DNA of 64,000 nt, taken from Candidatus Poriferihabitaceae bacterium. GTDB lineage: Bacteria > Pseudomonadota > Gammaproteobacteria > Arenicellales > Poriferihabitantaceae. Where the stretch lies: positions 2,072,207 to 2,136,206 of the forward strand of contig CBDBBV010000002.1 in NCBI GenBank assembly GCA_965203265.1. The letters run 5' to 3'. The translations under genes were made by a program, and so were the position numbers. Shown here piece after piece: positions 60,486-64,000 of the stretch. The number at the start of each line of letters is the position of its first letter. Within the stretch, counting starts at the first letter, position 1. The notes under the pieces were generated by a model. The model had not been told where the DNA came from. It did no database searches and saw only the letters and a list, made by a program, of their open reading frames with translations.

Positions 60486-61990
60486 AATATCGTGTCGTTC
60501 TACGCGAAGCGCTGCACCGCCAGCTGGCGGATCACCTGCTGAGTGGACTACAGCGCGGCGGAGTGCAAGAGGAAGTTTGTTTTGCACTCTGGCATCGGGG
60601 TGACGGGTTCAACCGCTATACGGGGATTCTCGGTGAAATTCTTCTCCCGCAAGACGGAGACCGAGACCTGCATGGCAATGTTACGGTACAAGGTGGATAC
60701 CTAAACCGCGTCTTGGATCGGGCGCTCAAGGCGCAAGCAGGTGTCGCCGTTCTTCACAGCCATCCGGCCCCCGGTTGGCAGGCGCTAAGTTGCATGGATG
60801 ACGATACCGAGCGCAGCATCATCACGCCCTTCATCCGCGAGACCGGCCTGCCGTTGCTCGGACTGACGATGGGCAGTGACGGTATATGGAGCGCCCGCTT
60901 TTGGCATGACTCCGGTTATGGCCATATCGCGCCCGCGCACTGCACGGAAGTACGACGAGTCGGGCCACGCCACACCGAAGCGGATTACCTTCCGAACGCA
61001 TACCCGCCCTATAAGCGCCGCCCAAGTCTGGTGCGAACCATCGACAGCTGGGGCATCGAAACGCAAGCAAGACTGGCTCGAACGCATATCTGTGTAGTGG
61101 GTGCAGGAAGTGTCGGTTCCATCGTGCTCGAATACCTCGCGCGTATCGGGTTTGAGGAGATGACTATCATTGATCCGGATCATGTCGAGGACAAAAATCT
61201 GGATCGTTTGATTTACGCTGACCGGCACTGCCTGAGGTTGAACAAGTCGAAAGTAGCAGCCGCTCATCTTCGCAGTATCGCCACGGCACGCAATCCGGTC
61301 GTCCGCCCGATACCATTGTCCATCCGCACAGAGCGCGCGTATCGATTGGCAGCCGATGCGGATGTAATCGTGTGCTGCGTCGACAATGCAGAGGCGCGCG
61401 AGGTTCTCAATCATCTTGCATACGCAAACTGCCTTCCATTGATAGACGGTGGCGTTCTCGTGGAGTCAAAAAATGATCGTCTACTATCCGCAAAGTGGCG
61501 CGTCCATCTGACTGGCCCCGACATGCGGTGCCTGCGTTGCTATAAACAATACGAAAGCGGCGATGCGCGAGATGAACGTATGGGTATCAGGCATCGTGGG
61601 CGCTACATCAACGACGATTTGAACGATCCGGACAACCCGGAACCCGGGCAGAACACAATCGCATTTTGCGGCGTAGTGGCGGCTGAACTGACGCGGATGT
61701 TGGTGCGCTACTTGGTCGGTGAGGATTGGTGGCACGATAACTTTCCCACCTCCGGCCAATGGTCGTTCGAACACCATTTTGTGGAGGCAAAAACCAAACC
61801 GTTCCAACATCCGGATCGATGCGTAGGTAGCTGCGAATTCGCGCATAAGCGGCTAGGACTTGGCGAACGAGGAAGATCCAAATACCCATTCGCCGAGGAA
61901 CCACACGCAAATTGGGCTACCAGAATGGCGCTTTGGTATTATCAGATTCGGATGAAGGTGAGCCGTGCGATTGCGGCGTTGTGTACCTGA
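60482..61990 (+). CDS. JAB/JAMM peptidase fused to ThiF/E1 adenylyltransferase
   Basis: EEVCF..LHSHP..S..D JAMM motif; VVGAGSVGS, DPDHVEDKNLDR, CVDN..AR, CLRC. Confidence 0.88.
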   Translation: MKYRVVLREALHRQLADHLLSGLQRGGVQEEVCFALWHRGDGFNRYTGILGEILLPQDGDRDLHGNVTVQGGYLNRVLDRALKAQAGVAVLHSHPAPGWQALSCMDDDTERSIITPFIRETGLPLLGLTMGSDGIWSARFWHDSGYGHIAPAHCTEVRRVGPRHTEADYLPNAYPPYKRRPSLVRTIDSWGIETQARLARTHICVVGAGSVGSIVLEYLARIGFEEMTIIDPDHVEDKNLDRLIYADRHCLRLNKSKVAAAHLRSIATARNPVVRPIPLSIRTERAYRLAADADVIVCCVDNAEAREVLNHLAYANCLPLIDGGVLVESKNDRLLSAKWRVHLTGPDMRCLRCYKQYESGDARDERMGIRHRGRYINDDLNDPDNPEPGQNTIAFCGVVAAELTRMLVRYLVGEDWWHDNFPTSGQWSFEHHFVEAKTKPFQHPDRCVGSCEFAHKRLGLGERGRSKYPFAEEPHANWATRMALWYYQIRMKVSRAIAALCT

Positions 61991-62019
61991 TATTCAGCGC
62001 CAAGGTTCGCCACCACTGG

Positions 62020-62113
62020 CCACGCCTCACTGCAGTTCCGCTCGCCCGTGCAGTTGACCATCGAAAATCACTCGGATATCACTCGGATTCCAGCCCTGTA
62101 TTGGCATTGCACA
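62020..62113 (+). mobile_element. Degenerate right end of the IS481-like element
   Basis: ccacgcctcactgcagttccgctc...tgtattggcattgcaca matches about 8293-8374. Confidence 0.8.
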
Positions 62114-62311
62114 CTTGATTGCATTGCCACCGAGCCAAGACTAGAATGAGCACCCCGGCAACCGCTAGGATACGGCCCTGGCGAGTAGCACCCCCCACAA
62201 CCCCGACAAACAATATGAATACACGCTTTCCAGTGCAAGCACGACCGACCGGGGCACAAACCGAATTCCCGGTGAGCGGGAATCCCATCTCCAGATAACT
62301 ACAGTAGCGAC

Positions 62312-64000
62312 ATGACGGAAGCCCGCGCGCGTACCAAGATCGATACCCTGCTCAAGAATGCCGACTGGGATCTGAATGACGGCACCAGCGTTCAGTTCGA
62401 GTACACGCTGCCCGATGGCACGCGCGCCGATTATGCGTTGTGTGATCGAGCCGGGCGTCCGATGGCGGCGCTGGAGGCGAAGCGGGAGGGGGTTGACCCC
62501 GTTTCGGCGCGGGGGCAAGGGCAACATTATGCCGAGCAGATGGAGGTGCCATTCGTTTTCCTGTCGGATGGCGATGGGGTGTGGTTTCTGGATCGCGAGC
62601 GCGATGCCCATGCGCGGGAGATTGCGGGTTTTTATTCGCAGGATGATCTGGAAAGACGAATCGCCGTCCGCCAGATTCGCCGCGATTTGTCGGACACCTC
62701 CATCGACCGCAGGATCGTCGACCGCGACTACCAAACCGAATGTATCGAATCTCTTTCCACCGAGGTATCTCGCGGGCGGCGCAAGCTGCTGGTGGAGATG
62801 GCGACCGGTACCGGCAAGACGCGCACGGCGGCGGCCTTCATCAAGCGGTTGTTCGAGGCGGGCATCGTTACTCGCGTCCTCTTCTTGGTCGATCGAATCG
62901 CGCTGGCGCGTCAAGCCGAGGACGCTTTCACCGACCATCTGCGGGATTACCCCTGCCATGTACTGCGACCCGGACGCAACTTCGATCGCACCAAGCGGAT
63001 CACGATCGCCACCCTGCAGACCATGATCGCCGAGTACGACGATCTCTCGCCGGGCTATTTCGACCTCGTCATCACCGATGAATGCCACCGCTCCATCTAC
63101 GGCAAATACAGCCGCGTATTGCGACATTTCGACGGCATTCAACTCGGCCTGACCGCCACACCGTGTACGGCGCAGGACGCCGCCCTTCCCGATCCCGAGG
63201 ACGGATTGTTCGTGCGTGACACCCTGCGATTCTTCGAGGTCGATGAACCCACCTTCCGCTACACCCTGCACCGCGCCATCGAGGAGGGCCATCTCGTTCC
63301 CTATCGCATCTATCGGGCGATGACGGTGAAAACCGCCGCCGAAGACGGCTTTCCGGTGCGCCGAGACGAGATCGATTGGAACGCTCTGGATGAGGAAACG
63401 CGGGCAGAATTCGAAGAATTGTTCGGCGGCGCGGACACCATCACGGTGGACCCACGCGCGCTGGAGCGCAAGTTCACCATCCCCGAACGCAACCGCGCGC
63501 TGGTGCGCGAATTCCGCGACACCCACGAAAAAGGCTTCATGGGCCGAGACGGAATCCGCCGCTGGCCCGACTGGGGCAAGACCATCGTGTTCGCCGTAAA
63601 CCGCCGTCATGCCACGACACTGGCAGCCATGTTCGACCATCACTTCGCAGACCTGAAACCGCACTCGACTACGCGATACGCCGATTTCGTGGTGAGCGAT
63701 GTAGGCGGCGGTGCCGCGCCCGATGCCAGCGCGATCATCAAGAGATTCAAGGATGAGGATTATCCGAAGATACTGGTCAGCGTGAACATGCTGGACACCG
63801 GCTTCGACTGCCCGGAGGTGGTCAACTTGGTCATGGCGCGATTCACCCGCAGCACCATCCTATACAGGCAAATGCGCGGACGCGGCACGCGCCAAGCGCC
63901 GCACATCGACAAACGCAAATTCACCATCTTCGATTTCGTCGGCGTAACGGACTTCCACGGAGACGATGACGGAGCGGTAGACGGCACCGCGATTCACACC
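62312..64000 (+). CDS. hsdR: Type I restriction endonuclease subunit R (runs off window end)
   Basis: ADY.L...LEAKR nuclease, RDYQ, MATGTGKT, DECHRS, GLTATP, MLDTGFD, QMRGRGTR; missed by the ORF track because no stop is in the window. Confidence 0.9.
   Translation, partial: MTEARARTKIDTLLKNADWDLNDGTSVQFEYTLPDGTRADYALCDRAGRPMAALEAKREGVDPVSARGQGQHYAEQMEVPFVFLSDGDGVWFLDRERDAHAREIAGFYSQDDLERRIAVRQIRRDLSDTSIDRRIVDRDYQTECIESLSTEVSRGRRKLLVEMATGTGKTRTAAAFIKRLFEAGIVTRVLFLVDRIALARQAEDAFTDHLRDYPCHVLRPGRNFDRTKRITIATLQTMIAEYDDLSPGYFDLVITDECHRSIYGKYSRVLRHFDGIQLGLTATPCTAQDAALPDPEDGLFVRDTLRFFEVDEPTFRYTLHRAIEEGHLVPYRIYRAMTVKTAAEDGFPVRRDEIDWNALDEETRAEFEELFGGADTITVDPRALERKFTIPERNRALVREFRDTHEKGFMGRDGIRRWPDWGKTIVFAVNRRHATTLAAMFDHHFADLKPHSTTRYADFVVSDVGGGAAPDASAIIKRFKDEDYPKILVSVNMLDTGFDCPEVVNLVMARFTRSTILYRQMRGRGTRQAPHIDKRKFTIFDFVGVTDFHGDDDGAVDGTAIHT

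Noticed and set aside
60482-61990. CBASS Cap2/Cap3 or ThiF/MoeB cofactor biosynthesis
   Set aside because: No CD-NTase and no thiamine or molybdopterin genes nearby; the Ubl/E2 context fits better.
62165-63664. 499-aa minus-strand ORF
   Set aside because: Antisense shadow of hsdR.

Overview
GC-rich proteobacterial chromosome segment, probably gammaproteobacterial. Sel1-repeat, cadherin/FN3/Calx-beta surface proteins and many IS relics suggest a host-associated lifestyle, possibly a sponge symbiont (inference). Core genes: kdsD-lptCAB-hpf-ptsN-rapZ-HPr-ptsI (kdsC and rpoN absent from their usual slots), petABC-sspAB-hslVU-acyltransferase-rpoH, ilvD, frmA, yhhQ, addAB-like, sufSE and a Crp/Fnr-nirK pair. 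Accessory DNA: an IS481-like element with four degenerate relics, a poly-C phase-variable autotransporter-like adhesin, a ParA module, a Sel1-protease, two lipoproteins, an IS1595 transposase, a candidate invertible switch, and a defence island at about 52-64 kb (NurA-HerA, RloC-like ABC ATPase, PIN plus XRE-ImmA regulators, a Ubl/E2-like/JAB-E1 ubiquitin-like operon, type I HsdR). The most unusual observation is an intact TnpB bounded by 23-bp terminal inverted repeats and a perfect 8-bp target duplication. These ends match the end of the IS1595 element 20 kb away rather than IS200/IS605 ends, which points to an RNA-guided nuclease carried by a non-autonomous DDE transposon. A deleted copy of its omegaRNA-like 3' end lies upstream of rpoH. 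All calls come from reading motifs by eye; no database searches were run.
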